The translations under genes and the position numbers were made by a program. A stretch of DNA of 64,000 nucleotides from an uncultured Pelagibacteraceae bacterium (GTDB taxonomy: Bacteria > Pseudomonadota > Alphaproteobacteria > Pelagibacterales > AG-422-B15): positions 1,517 through 65,516 of the forward strand of contig CACCAS010000002.1 of the NCBI GenBank assembly GCA_902544065.1. Direction: 5' to 3'. This document shows, piece by piece, positions 52,727-62,420 of the stretch (positions are counted from its first letter, which is position 1; every line of letters starts with the position of its first letter). The notes below the pieces were generated by a model that did no database searches, was not told the DNA's origin, and worked only from the letters and a program-made list of their open reading frames with translations.

Positions 52727-53866
52727 ATGAGAGGTAATTGGGTAAAATTGAAAAATAAAATTTGGATTCTCTTCCTCACATTGATATTTTTTATGATAAG
52801 CATTAGTTTTCAAGCCGCTGAAGAAGCAACACATGGGACTACGCGTGTTCCAGCCGAATGGGAGCCACAAGAGGCAATATGGATGCAATGGCCTGGTTTT
52901 TGGGAAAAAAGTTATGAACCAACTTTTGCAAAAATGGCTGACATCATTTCACGATACGAAAAATTACATATTCTCTATCATTCAGATCAGATTTATGAGG
53001 AGGCACAAAGATCAATTTTAGATATAGATTCAGACCCACTGCAAAAAAACATTTATTGGCACAAAGTACCCAATGATAATGCTTGGATGAGAGACAATGG
53101 ACCTGTTTATGTTTTTAATGATAATGAACTAAGAATTCAGAATTGGAATTTTGATGCATGGGGTGGTGCTTTTGGTTCAGATGTCTCTTTTAATTTAGAT
53201 AATGAAGTCCCAAATAAGATTGGTGAAATTTTAGATTTGCCTGTTGATCACATAGACATAGTACACGAACGAGGTAACCTGGAATTTAATGGATTAGATA
53301 CTGTTATGTTAAACTGGAGCACCATTGGTGACCCGAGCAGAAACTTGAATTACAGTAAACAGCAGGCAGAAATTGATCTAAAAAAATACTTCGGTGTATC
53401 TAAAGTTATCTTTATTGAGGGTATTCCAATTGGAGATCTTACCAAAGGACACATTGATGGCATTGCACGCTTTATAGAACAAAGAACTGTCGTAGTCGTT
53501 CAATGTACAACGCAGTCATTATGTCAACCAGGTAGTAATGATGCTGAAGTTTATGATGAGGCGGCTAAAGTTATTCAAGAGTCAGGGTTTAATGTAATAA
53601 GAGAACCTATCGAGGGTTTTGTTCAATTCAATGATCAAATGTTTGATACAAATTATATGAACTGGTTAGTAGGAAACGGATTTGTAATCGTACCTAGTTT
53701 TGGAAATCCAGATACAGACATTCCAGCGAAATCTCGTATAGAAAAATATTTCCCAAACCGTGATGTGCATTTAGTAGACATGTTGAGCTCTTGGGCGGCT
53801 GGAGGTGGGATACATTGTCATACAAACGATCAACCAGCTTTTTCAATTTTAAAAGACGAAGGGTAA
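52727..53866 (+). CDS. aguA: agmatine deiminase, possibly exported
   Basis: 379 aa; PAEWEPQEAIWMQWP, NAWMRDNGP, C-terminal catalytic GGGIHCHTNDQP; about 35-aa N-terminal extension looks like a signal peptide (alternative ATG at 52793 would remove it). Confidence 0.8.
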   Translation: MRGNWVKLKNKIWILFLTLIFFMISISFQAAEEATHGTTRVPAEWEPQEAIWMQWPGFWEKSYEPTFAKMADIISRYEKLHILYHSDQIYEEAQRSILDIDSDPLQKNIYWHKVPNDNAWMRDNGPVYVFNDNELRIQNWNFDAWGGAFGSDVSFNLDNEVPNKIGEILDLPVDHIDIVHERGNLEFNGLDTVMLNWSTIGDPSRNLNYSKQQAEIDLKKYFGVSKVIFIEGIPIGDLTKGHIDGIARFIEQRTVVVVQCTTQSLCQPGSNDAEVYDEAAKVIQESGFNVIREPIEGFVQFNDQMFDTNYMNWLVGNGFVIVPSFGNPDTDIPAKSRIEKYFPNRDVHLVDMLSSWAAGGGIHCHTNDQPAFSILKDEG

Positions 53867-53878
53867 TTGATATCTAAG

Positions 53879-55138
53879 CTACTTATTCATTGATTGGAAG
53901 AAGTCAGCATTGTCTTTTGTTTCTTTCAATTTGCCAAGTAAGAATTCAATAGAGTCCATTGTTCCCATTGGGTTAAGAATACGTCTCAGAACATACATTT
54001 TTTGTAGTTCGTCTTTATCAAGAAGAATCTCCTCTTTTCGAGTACCAGATTTGGTTATATCAATCGCAGGATAAATTCTTTTATCGGCGACTTTTCTATC
54101 CAATATAATTTCAGAGTTACCTGTGCCTTTAAATTCCTCAAAAATAACTTCATCCATTCTACTTCCTGTATCAATTAGGGCAGTGGATATAATTGTTAAA
54201 GAACCACCATCTTCAATGTTTCTTGCGGCTCCGAAGAATCTCTTTGGTCGTTGCAGTGCATTGGCATCAACACCACCAGTTAAAACTTTTCCTGAACTTG
54301 GAACAACTGTGTTGTATGCGCGGCCAAGCCTTGTGATTGAGTCGAGCAAGATCACAACATCTTTTTTATGCTCTACTAATCTTTTAGCTTTGTTAATTAC
54401 CATTTCAGCAACTTGTACGTGACGCGATGCTGGTTCATCAAATGTTGAACTGACTACTTCCCCCTTCACAGAACGTTGCATGTCTGTCACTTCCTCAGGT
54501 CGTTCATCAATTAACAATACCATCAAGTAACATTCAGGGTGGTTATCTGTAATGGAGTGTGCAATGTTTTGCAGTAATACAGTTTTACCCGTTCTTGGAG
54601 GTGAAACTATAAGGGCTCTTTGACCTTTACCAATTGGTGAAACCAAATCAATAACTCGTGCGCTTTGATCTTTGTCGGGCTTTTCTGTTTCAAGCTTAAT
54701 TTGTTCATCAGGATATAGGGGTGTTAAGTTGTCAAAGTTAATTTTATTTCTACTTTTGTCAGTAGCCTCATAATTGATTGTATCAATTTTTAATAAAGCA
54801 AAATAACGTTCACCTTCTTTAGGCGCTCTAATGGGTCCTTCAACTGTATCTCCTGATCTTAATCCAAATCTCTTGATCTGACTGGGACTAACATAAATGT
54901 CATCTGGACCAGGCAAATAATTTGCCTCCATTGATCTAAGAAAACCAAAACCATCTTGTAGGACCTCAAGAACACCTTCTCCATCTATATCCTTTTTGTT
55001 TGCCGCAAGAGACCTTAATATCTCAAACAACATATCCTGAGTACGCATAGAACTTGCGTTTTCAACGCCCGTTTCTTCAGCGTATTTTAGAAGATCTTGT
55101 GGAGTTTTTTTCTTAAGTTCTCTTAATTTTAAGCTCAT
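53879..55138 (-). CDS. rho: transcription termination factor Rho
   Basis: 419 aa; N-terminal RNA-binding domain, Walker [11 protein letters not shown], typical length. Confidence 0.95.
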   Translation of the reverse strand: MSLKLRELKKKTPQDLLKYAEETGVENASSMRTQDMLFEILRSLAANKKDIDGEGVLEVLQDGFGFLRSMEANYLPGPDDIYVSPSQIKRFGLRSGDTVEGPIRAPKEGERYFALLKIDTINYEATDKSRNKINFDNLTPLYPDEQIKLETEKPDKDQSARVIDLVSPIGKGQRALIVSPPRTGKTVLLQNIAHSITDNHPECYLMVLLIDERPEEVTDMQRSVKGEVVSSTFDEPASRHVQVAEMVINKAKRLVEHKKDVVILLDSITRLGRAYNTVVPSSGKVLTGGVDANALQRPKRFFGAARNIEDGGSLTIISTALIDTGSRMDEVIFEEFKGTGNSEIILDRKVADKRIYPAIDITKSGTRKEEILLDKDELQKMYVLRRILNPMGTMDSIEFLLGKLKETKDNADFFQSMNK

Positions 55139-55223
55139 ACTATTTTAAATTTTTTGGATAAGTTTTTTTCGGAAAGTGTAAAAGAGAGTGACTTCTAACT
55201 TTAATTTTTGAATCTGGCAAGTT

Positions 55224-55685
55224 TTAAATTGGTTTAAATATTACTAAAAATACAATAATTATCATCAAAACTGTGGGAAATTCGTTAATTATTCTATAAA
55301 AACGCTCTGATCTTGCACGCTTGTCTTGCTGGAATTCCCTCGTAATTTTAGCTAAATAACCATGCACTCCTGATAAAAGCAGTACAAAGAGGACTTTTAA
55401 TTGTAGCCAAAGTACACTTAATGACTCCACGCCCAATGTGGATATAAGAGCTATACCAAATAACCAAGAAAATATCATAGCAGGATTCATAATTATTCTG
55501 AGCAAACGTATTTCCATTAATTTAAAAGTCTCAGAAGTCTCAGAGCCTATTTCTTTTTTAAAGTGGTAAACAAACAGTCTTGGTAAGTATAAAAGTCCAG
55601 CCATCCATGCAATCACACTGATGATGTGCAAACTCAAAAATAAATTATATAAAAATATACTATTCACTATATTTTCTGGTAGCAC
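55224..55685 (-). CDS. hemJ: protoporphyrinogen IX oxidase HemJ
   Basis: 153 aa, 4 TM segments; LHIISVIAWMAGLLYLPRLFVYH signature; overlaps hemH by 19 nt. Confidence 0.7.
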   Translation of the reverse strand: MLPENIVNSIFLYNLFLSLHIISVIAWMAGLLYLPRLFVYHFKKEIGSETSETFKLMEIRLLRIIMNPAMIFSWLFGIALISTLGVESLSVLWLQLKVLFVLLLSGVHGYLAKITREFQQDKRARSERFYRIINEFPTVLMIIIVFLVIFKPI

Positions 55686-56683
55686 CGTTTAAATGTCGTT
55701 GGACAAATTTTTTCAGCAATATTTTCATTGTTCGTCTGCTCTGATTTGGTAACTATTTCAGCTAAACTGTCTATAAATACAGAATCAATGTTTAAAGACT
55801 CTGAACGAAAATAATGTTTGTAACCCATTTCATCTGCCATTTCTTTATATTCAATATCAAGCTCTACTAAAGTTTCAGAGTGATCTGAAACAAAAGCAAT
55901 CGGGACGATAATAATAGCTGCATCCTCTTTAATCGCTTTTTCAATCTCACTTGGTGTAGATGGTTCAAGCCACTTAACGGGCGTCACCTTGCTCTGATAA
56001 GCTAATACATGGTCATCATGCCCTTTAAGTCCTGTCATGACGGCACTTACAGTTTGTTCAACCTGCCATTGATACGGATCGCCGCCTTTAATAATTGAGA
56101 CAGGCAAGCTATGAGCAGAAAACAAGATCCTGATCTTTTTATCTTTGATTTCATCTATTTTCTTTTGTATTAAACGCTGATGAGACTCAATGAATTTCTT
56201 ATCCATTGGATAACAACAAGTGTATTTTGTTGGGGCTGATAAACTTTGTTTCCTTGCTTCTTTAAACCAAAGATCCAAAGAAGATTTAGTGGTTGTAGTT
56301 GAATATTGAGGATAAAGGGGAAGCAAGAAAATATTATCTGGATTGTAATCTTTCACCTCTTTAACGATTTCGGTTGTCATGGGGTGCCAGTATCGCATAC
56401 ACACAAACACCTTGGAGGGTATGCCTTGTATTGATAAGGCCCCTTCAAGTGCAGCGGCCTGATCGTTTGTGATGTCTAGAATTGGCGATTTACCACCAAT
56501 TTCAGAGTATATTTCGGTTGCCTCTTTTGTCCTCAGAATTGATATCAGTTTTGCTAATAAAAAGCGAAACGGATTGGGTAACTTAAATATATTCGGATCA
56601 TTAAAAAGATTGAATAGAAAAGGTCTCACACTTTCTTGTTTGTCGGGTCCACCTAAATTAAATAATACTACTGCTGTCTTCAT
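55667..56683 (-). CDS. hemH: ferrochelatase
   Basis: 338 aa; VLFNLGGPD, FSAHSLP, SDHSETLVELD. Confidence 0.9.
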   Translation of the reverse strand: MKTAVVLFNLGGPDKQESVRPFLFNLFNDPNIFKLPNPFRFLLAKLISILRTKEATEIYSEIGGKSPILDITNDQAAALEGALSIQGIPSKVFVCMRYWHPMTTEIVKEVKDYNPDNIFLLPLYPQYSTTTTKSSLDLWFKEARKQSLSAPTKYTCCYPMDKKFIESHQRLIQKKIDEIKDKKIRILFSAHSLPVSIIKGGDPYQWQVEQTVSAVMTGLKGHDDHVLAYQSKVTPVKWLEPSTPSEIEKAIKEDAAIIIVPIAFVSDHSETLVELDIEYKEMADEMGYKHYFRSESLNIDSVFIDSLAEIVTKSEQTNNENIAEKICPTTFKRCYQKI

Positions 56684-57663
56684 TTTGCTCTTATTGTGTT
56701 AACAAGTTCTTCTACTTTCTCAATTGAGGTGTTTGGTAACACACCATGCCCAAGATTAAAAATATGTGCTCTATCTTTAAAAGCAATTAATATTTTTTCC
56801 ACCTCTTCTTGCAATATATTATTCTCTGCCAATAAGGCTGCTGGGTTTAGGTTTCCTTGAAAAGCTACGTCTGGGTTTAGTTTATTGATATGATCCAAGT
56901 CAAAGTCGTGATCTAAGCTTATACAATCAAGTTTATCTATATTTGAATATTTCACATATCCTTCCTTACTCGTTTTTCTTGGGAATCCAATAACAGGTGT
57001 ATCTGTTTTACTTTTTATCGAGTGAATAATTTTTTGTGTAGGTTTTAGGCACCATCGATCAAAATATTCATCTTCAAGATCTTCAGCTGCAGACTCAAAT
57101 ATTTGAAATGCATCAATACCCGCATTTACCTGTTGTACTGCGTAATTAGAAATTATGTCAGTTAGAACTTCGATGTGATTGTTTATTCTTTTTTCGTTTC
57201 TATGAATGAGACCTTTGTTCATTTGTGATCTTTCTTCTTTATCAAATAAACAATACAACAACGTTGTCCATGGACCGCCTACAAACCCTATTAAGGGAAC
57301 TTCGGATACCTTTTTGATGTTTTCAATTCCTTTTAAAACTGGGTCCAGCTTATGTGATGTAAAATTAAATCTCTCATTAAATTTAACTTGGGGACCCACG
57401 CCTTCTTTAAAGCTAACATCGCATCCAGATGCATAGGGAATCATCAATATATCAGAAAACATTATGCATGCATCCAGCCCATATCGCTCTACAGGTTGAA
57501 GTGAGATTTTGGTTACCACCTCGGGGTCGAGGAACATTTCCATAAGATCTTTATATTTTTGTCTTATTTTAATATATTCTGGTAAGTGTCTTCCCGCCTG
57601 CCTCATTAACCAAATCGGTGTTTGTGTTTTTTTGCCTTTTAGTGTTTCTATAAGAATACTCAT
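56680..57663 (-). CDS. hemE: uroporphyrinogen decarboxylase
   Basis: 327 aa; PIWLMRQAGR N-terminal signature. Confidence 0.9.
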   Translation of the reverse strand: MSILIETLKGKKTQTPIWLMRQAGRHLPEYIKIRQKYKDLMEMFLDPEVVTKISLQPVERYGLDACIMFSDILMIPYASGCDVSFKEGVGPQVKFNERFNFTSHKLDPVLKGIENIKKVSEVPLIGFVGGPWTTLLYCLFDKEERSQMNKGLIHRNEKRINNHIEVLTDIISNYAVQQVNAGIDAFQIFESAAEDLEDEYFDRWCLKPTQKIIHSIKSKTDTPVIGFPRKTSKEGYVKYSNIDKLDCISLDHDFDLDHINKLNPDVAFQGNLNPAALLAENNILQEEVEKILIAFKDRAHIFNLGHGVLPNTSIEKVEELVNTIRAK

Positions 57664-57731
57664 ATAATATATATATAAGGTAGTATTAGTTTATGTACCT
57701 GTGATGATGTGTATATATAAAAACCTTTTAT

Positions 57732-57740
57732 TTGCCCACA
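57732..57740 (+). promoter_or_regulatory. DnaA-box-like 9-mer TTGCCCACA
   Basis: 7/9 match to TTATCCACA. Confidence 0.35.
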
Positions 57741-57785
57741 AATCAATACACGACTTTAACAAGGATGATCAGAGCATTTGTGATA

Positions 57786-57794
57786 TTACCCACA
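57786..57794 (+). promoter_or_regulatory. DnaA-box-like 9-mer TTACCCACA
   Basis: 8/9 match to TTATCCACA. Confidence 0.4.
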
Positions 57795-57903
57795 TGGTAG
57801 AATTATAGTTTACGCATTATCAACAGGTGAATGAAAAGTAAGAAAAAATAGGATAAAAAGGCCAAAATTTTGTAAATGTTTAAAAACAGTAAACATATAA
57901 TAT

Positions 57904-57912
57904 ATATCCACA
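57904..57912 (+). promoter_or_regulatory. DnaA-box-like 9-mer ATATCCACA
   Basis: 8/9 match to TTATCCACA, embedded in an ATATA-rich tract 27 nt before the maf start. Confidence 0.4.
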
Positions 57913-57938
57913 TTGATTACTCAGGTTGTTAATAGCTT

Positions 57939-58541
57939 ATGAACACACAGATAACACTAGCATCTAAAAGTCAAACACGCTCAAGACTGCTAACAAATGC
58001 CAAAATAAAATTTAAAACAGTTGATCATGGTGTTGATGAGGATGAAATTAAACTATCCATGTCTGAAAGTTCACCAGAAGATATTGTCACAAAGCTAGCT
58101 GAGATGAAGGCTTTAAAGGCATCCATATCAAATGAAGGTTTAGTGATTGGCTCTGATCAAGGATTGGAATTGAATGGAAAGCTGGTTAATAAAGCAAAAA
58201 ACTTCAATGAAGCACACGAGCAATTAAAAAGTATGAGTGGTCAGGAACACACGCTTATAACAACCACCGTTGTGGCTAAAGAAAATAATATAATATGGAA
58301 ATATGTTGATAGAGGGAAAATGAAAATGAGAACCCTTGACGAAAAAGTTATCAAAGAATATTTAGAAAGCGTTGAAGAAAAGATACTCGGGTTAGTTGGC
58401 GTTTATGCGATTGAAGAAGAAGGCATAAAATTATTTGAACATGTCGGTAGTGACTTATTTTCCATACAAGGAATATCAATGATACCATTAATACAATTTT
58501 TATGGGACAACGGCATGTTGTTTGAAAACAATGGTCATTGA
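57939..58541 (+). CDS. maf: Maf-like nucleoside triphosphate pyrophosphatase
   Basis: 200 aa; LASKSQTRSRLL N-terminal motif, GAYAIE-like GVYAIEEEG. Confidence 0.85.
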   Translation: MNTQITLASKSQTRSRLLTNAKIKFKTVDHGVDEDEIKLSMSESSPEDIVTKLAEMKALKASISNEGLVIGSDQGLELNGKLVNKAKNFNEAHEQLKSMSGQEHTLITTTVVAKENNIIWKYVDRGKMKMRTLDEKVIKEYLESVEEKILGLVGVYAIEEEGIKLFEHVGSDLFSIQGISMIPLIQFLWDNGMLFENNGH

Positions 58542-59358
58542 TAGAACGGCTGTTATAGGATTTCCGGTAGACCACAGTCTTTCACCAATTATTCACAATT
58601 ATTGGATTAAGGAATTAGGATTGGATATAAAACCTTATGATAAAATAAACGTAGATCCAAATAAGTTTGAAGAGCAGATCAAAAACCTAAAGATAGAAGG
58701 CTACGGAGGATTAAATGTTACAGTCCCACTCAAAGAACTTGCGTTTAATATAAGCGATAAAACATCTGATGTTTCTAAGAAACTCAAGTCAGTCAACACT
58801 CTTAGTTTAAGTTCTGATAAAATAAATGGTGACAATACCGACGCTTTTGGTTTTATTAATTCTTTGGATAAGAAAACGATAGAAGAAAATATTACCAACA
58901 AAAAAACGCTTGTTCTTGGCGCCGGGGGCTCTGCCAGGTCTATCGTTTATGCATTAAATGAATTGGGAAGTCAGGTGAGATTGTTTAATAGAACGCCTGA
59001 AAAAGCCAGGGTTTTGCTTAATGATCTATCAGTAAGTTCAAGTCTCGTTAGCACAGAAGAGCTCGATGATTACGCCAACTCTTCATCGTTCATCGTTAAC
59101 ACAACTAGCCTTGGGCAAAAGGGGGGAGAGCATAATAATATTTTGAGTTTTAAAAACATAGAAACGAAAACATTTATTTATGATTTAATTTATAACCCTA
59201 AGCGATCCAGTTTTATAGAACAAGCTGAAGCAAAAGGTTTAAAAGTTCAAAATGGATTACGCATGTTAATAGAACAAGCTGCTATCTCTTTTCAGATATG
59301 GCATGAAATTAAAGTGGACGTTAGTAACGAATTAATGTCACTGTTGGAGAGTGTGTAA
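58522..59358 (+). CDS. aroE: shikimate dehydrogenase
   Basis: 278 aa; VIGFPVDHSLSPIIHN, NVTVPLK, LGAGGSARS. Confidence 0.85.
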   Translation: MKTMVIDRTAVIGFPVDHSLSPIIHNYWIKELGLDIKPYDKINVDPNKFEEQIKNLKIEGYGGLNVTVPLKELAFNISDKTSDVSKKLKSVNTLSLSSDKINGDNTDAFGFINSLDKKTIEENITNKKTLVLGAGGSARSIVYALNELGSQVRLFNRTPEKARVLLNDLSVSSSLVSTEELDDYANSSSFIVNTTSLGQKGGEHNNILSFKNIETKTFIYDLIYNPKRSSFIEQAEAKGLKVQNGLRMLIEQAAISFQIWHEIKVDVSNELMSLLESV

Positions 59359-59981
59359 TGTTGTTGATAGGTGTAACTGGATCTATTGGCATGGGAAAGT
59401 CCACAGTAGCTAAGATGTTTACTGAATATGGTTATGGCCTCTACAATGCTGACGATACTGTTCACTATATTTATGAAAACGATGAAGAGGTAATTAACAA
59501 AATTGAAGAGTCTTTCCCTGGTACTAAATCAGAGGGAAAAGTAAATCGAATTGCTTTGAGAGATATTCTTAATAAAGAACCTGAGAAGTTTAGAGATCTT
59601 GAAAAAATTGTTCATCCAGCGACTAGACGCTATCAAATTGTGTATATTGAGAAATTAATAAGCGAGGGCAACCCCGGATGTATTTTAGATGTACCTTTAT
59701 TATTTGAAACAGGTGGTGAAAAATACATTGATGTTTCCGTTGTGGTTACAGCATCAGAAGACAAACAAAAAGACAGAGTTGTTTCAGAAAGAAAGGTGCC
59801 TATAGAAATTTTTAACTCTATTAAGAATCAGCAAATGCCAGACCGAGAAAAATTAAAGAAAGCAGACTACATAATTTCAACAGATCAAACTCTAGATGAG
59901 ACAAAACTTGAGGTAAAAGATGTTGTATCTAAAATAAAATTGATTAATCCTAAGGCATGGGGTGCCTTCTATAAGAAATGA
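59358..59981 (+). CDS. coaE: dephospho-CoA kinase
   Basis: 207 aa; P-loop IGVTGSIGMGKST, DVPLLFE. Confidence 0.85.
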   Translation: MLLIGVTGSIGMGKSTVAKMFTEYGYGLYNADDTVHYIYENDEEVINKIEESFPGTKSEGKVNRIALRDILNKEPEKFRDLEKIVHPATRRYQIVYIEKLISEGNPGCILDVPLLFETGGEKYIDVSVVVTASEDKQKDRVVSERKVPIEIFNSIKNQQMPDREKLKKADYIISTDQTLDETKLEVKDVVSKIKLINPKAWGAFYKK

Positions 59982-60676
59982 GAGAAATCATACTAGACAC
60001 AGAAACCACAGGATTGAGACCTTCTGAAGGTCATAGAGTGATCGAAATTGCAGCCATTGAGTTGGTTGATTTTCTGCCGACAGGAAAGGTTTATCAACAA
60101 TACATAAACCCAATGAGGGACGTTCCAGAAGCCTCTTTTAAGGTTCATGGACTGAGTTATGAGTTTTTAAAAGATAAGCCTCTGTTTGAAAAAATCGCTG
60201 ACGATTTTCTCGACTTTATTAGACAAGACACAATCATTGCGCACAATGTTGATTTTGATATCGGTTTTTTAAACCACGAACTTAGCGCATGCGGGAAAGA
60301 GAGTATTAAAAATAAAAAAGTGGACACCGTTTCTATTGCAAGAGAAAAGTTTCCTGGTCAAAGCGTGTCGCTAGATGCTTTGTGCAAGAGATTTTCTATC
60401 GACAATAAGGAGCGAGAAATGCATTCAGCTACTATTGATACTCAACTGCTTGCACGAGTTTATATAGAACTCATGGAAGCACGTGAGCTGAGTCTTGATC
60501 TGGACGTTATCAAACAAAATGATAATTCTGTGTCAAATTTTGATATTCAAAAGATTCAAAATAGAGAACTCGCAACACGGTTATCAGACGATGACAAAGA
60601 GTTGCACAAAGCTTTTGTTGAAACACTTGGTGAAAACGCTATTTGGAAGAAGAAAGAGCAATTTAATAATGAATGA
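59978..60676 (+). CDS. dnaQ: DNA polymerase III epsilon subunit (3'-5' exonuclease)
   Basis: 232 aa; Exo I ILDTETTG, Exo II AHNVDFDIGFL, Exo III HSATIDTQLLARVY. Confidence 0.9.
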   Translation: MREIILDTETTGLRPSEGHRVIEIAAIELVDFLPTGKVYQQYINPMRDVPEASFKVHGLSYEFLKDKPLFEKIADDFLDFIRQDTIIAHNVDFDIGFLNHELSACGKESIKNKKVDTVSIAREKFPGQSVSLDALCKRFSIDNKEREMHSATIDTQLLARVYIELMEARELSLDLDVIKQNDNSVSNFDIQKIQNRELATRLSDDDKELHKAFVETLGENAIWKKKEQFNNE

Positions 60677-61493
60677 ATATCAAAACTATAAAATAAACCA
60701 TACATTAGCAAATGCGAATGAAAGTAATCAACCATTAATACCAGCAGCAACTGTTTTATTGGTAAGAGATCATAATTCTACAATAGAAGTTTTTATGATT
60801 AAGCGTGCTATGAAAACAAACTTTGGGGGAGCGTGGGTATTTCCTGGAGGAAAAGTAGATAGCTCTGACGACATTAAAAATATTAGCAAGTACAGCCCAT
60901 TGTTAAATGATGAAGAGGCTTCTAGAAGACTCGGTATAAAATCTGGTGGATTAATTTATTGGACTGCTTGCATACGAGAATGTTTTGAAGAGAGCGGAAT
61001 ACTTCTAGCTGATGACGAAAAAAGAAAAATAAGCCTAGGCAGTCTTAATGAAACTGAAATAGATAATATAAATCACTACAAAAAGAAATTGCTCGATGGA
61101 AAAGATGTCTTTTTGGAATTAATTGACACATTTGATTTAACATTATCTACCAATGAAATAGCCTATATTTCTCACTGGATTACGCCAAAAATTGAAAAAA
61201 GAAGATACAGCACAAGATTTTTTATCGCCCGTTGTCCTAACCAACTAGCTAGTCATGATGGATTAGAGGGCGTTGAAAGTCGTTGGGTGGAACCCAAAGT
61301 TGCACTTGATTTATATGAGGCTGGAGAGTTTCCTATGATTATGCCAACAATAAAAAATCTTGAATTGATCAAAGAGTTTAAAAATACACAAACATTACTA
61401 GTTTTAATGAAAGACAAATCAATTACTGATATTCCAAAAGTTGAACCCGTATTTGATGTTGTAGATGGTAAACCAAAGCTTGTTAGTTATTAA
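60669..61493 (+). CDS. Nudix family hydrolase
   Basis: start set to ATG at 60669 (MNEYQNY..., 8-nt overlap with dnaQ) rather than the track's 60495 inside dnaQ; Nudix box ...IRECFEESGI. Confidence 0.7.
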   Translation: MNEYQNYKINHTLANANESNQPLIPAATVLLVRDHNSTIEVFMIKRAMKTNFGGAWVFPGGKVDSSDDIKNISKYSPLLNDEEASRRLGIKSGGLIYWTACIRECFEESGILLADDEKRKISLGSLNETEIDNINHYKKKLLDGKDVFLELIDTFDLTLSTNEIAYISHWITPKIEKRRYSTRFFIARCPNQLASHDGLEGVESRWVEPKVALDLYEAGEFPMIMPTIKNLELIKEFKNTQTLLVLMKDKSITDIPKVEPVFDVVDGKPKLVSY

Positions 61494-61912
61494 TTTGTCT
61501 TTTTTCTTTTTTCATAGAGATCGGCAAAATTAACAGGGTCAAGCATAAGAGGAGGCAAAGATCCATCTGCATGCATATCGTATATAATACGTCTTGCAAA
61601 AGGAAATAGTTGCCTTGGACACTCAACTAATAAATAAGCTTCCTTTACATCTTCTGTAAGATTTTTAATTTCAAATAAACCAACGTATTTTAAATCAATA
61701 ATATAAACATTTTTATCTTCACGCTTAGCACTTATATTAACGTTTAATTCAACTTCATAAATTTCAGTATCTTTTCGATTAGCGGCCTTTACATCCACAT
61801 TTGCATTGATGGCTGGTCTTTCACTTCCTTGCTGAAATGCACCAGGCCCCATAGGATTTTCAAACGATAAGTCTTTTACAAATTGTGTTATTATTTTTGC
61901 AGATACATCCAC
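61490..61912 (-). CDS. secB: protein-export chaperone SecB
   Basis: 140 aa; FVKDLSFENP N-terminal signature precedes any ATG, so GTG start (TAGTG overlap with fxsA stop). Confidence 0.85.
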   Translation of the reverse strand: MDVSAKIITQFVKDLSFENPMGPGAFQQGSERPAINANVDVKAANRKDTEIYEVELNVNISAKREDKNVYIIDLKYVGLFEIKNLTEDVKEAYLLVECPRQLFPFARRIIYDMHADGSLPPLMLDPVNFADLYEKRKKTN

Positions 61913-62355
61913 TATTTTATTTTATCCTCATCGTCATTAATTTCTTCAAAGTCTCCTTCGATGGATTCATCATCTGGACCTTGATTTTTCATACCATATC
62001 TAGAAAGAACAGAGTTTGCCACTATCTTTATGAAAATTACTCTTGTTAGGGGAATGAGTCCAAGAAACCCTAATGCGTCTGTGAAAAAGCCTGGAGTGAT
62101 TAGTAAGACCCCAGATATTAATATCACCAACCCTTCAAACATAGTTTGAATTGGGGCTTCTCGATTTTGGAGTTGGCTATATAGCTTATAATAGGTACTG
62201 ATGCCTTGTTGCCTTACAAAGTAAACTCCGATCAATGCAGTTGTAAAAATTAGCAATATTGTATTAAATGAACCAATAAAACTGCCGATTTCAATAAAAA
62301 GACTAATCTCTATGACTGGGATTACGATAAATATAATGAGTAATAATAGAAACAA
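61912..62355 (-). CDS. fxsA: FxsA family membrane protein
   Basis: 147 aa; PVIEISLFIEIG N-terminal motif, 3 TM segments, acidic tail. Confidence 0.7.
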   Translation of the reverse strand: MFLLLLIIFIVIPVIEISLFIEIGSFIGSFNTILLIFTTALIGVYFVRQQGISTYYKLYSQLQNREAPIQTMFEGLVILISGVLLITPGFFTDALGFLGLIPLTRVIFIKIVANSVLSRYGMKNQGPDDESIEGDFEEINDDEDKIK

Positions 62356-62420
62356 AATAGCTATAAATGTTGAAACTTTAGTTTAAATACCTAAATAAGA
62401 ACCTTATAATATTTGTACAT

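Larger units (their letters stand above)
57664..57938. other. oriC: candidate chromosomal replication origin (oriC) in the hemE-maf spacer
   Basis: largest non-coding spacer in the window; three same-orientation DnaA-box-like 9-mers ending CCACA plus (AT)n-type tracts at both ends; the hemE-adjacent position is the conserved alphaproteobacterial origin location; parS/parAB about 13.5 kb away. Confidence 0.55.

Noticed and set aside
60495-60668. Upstream extension of the Nudix ORF overlapping 180 nt of dnaQ
   Set aside because: The extension lies inside the well-supported dnaQ frame. ATG at 60669 gives the usual short overlap (8 nt) seen elsewhere in this window.
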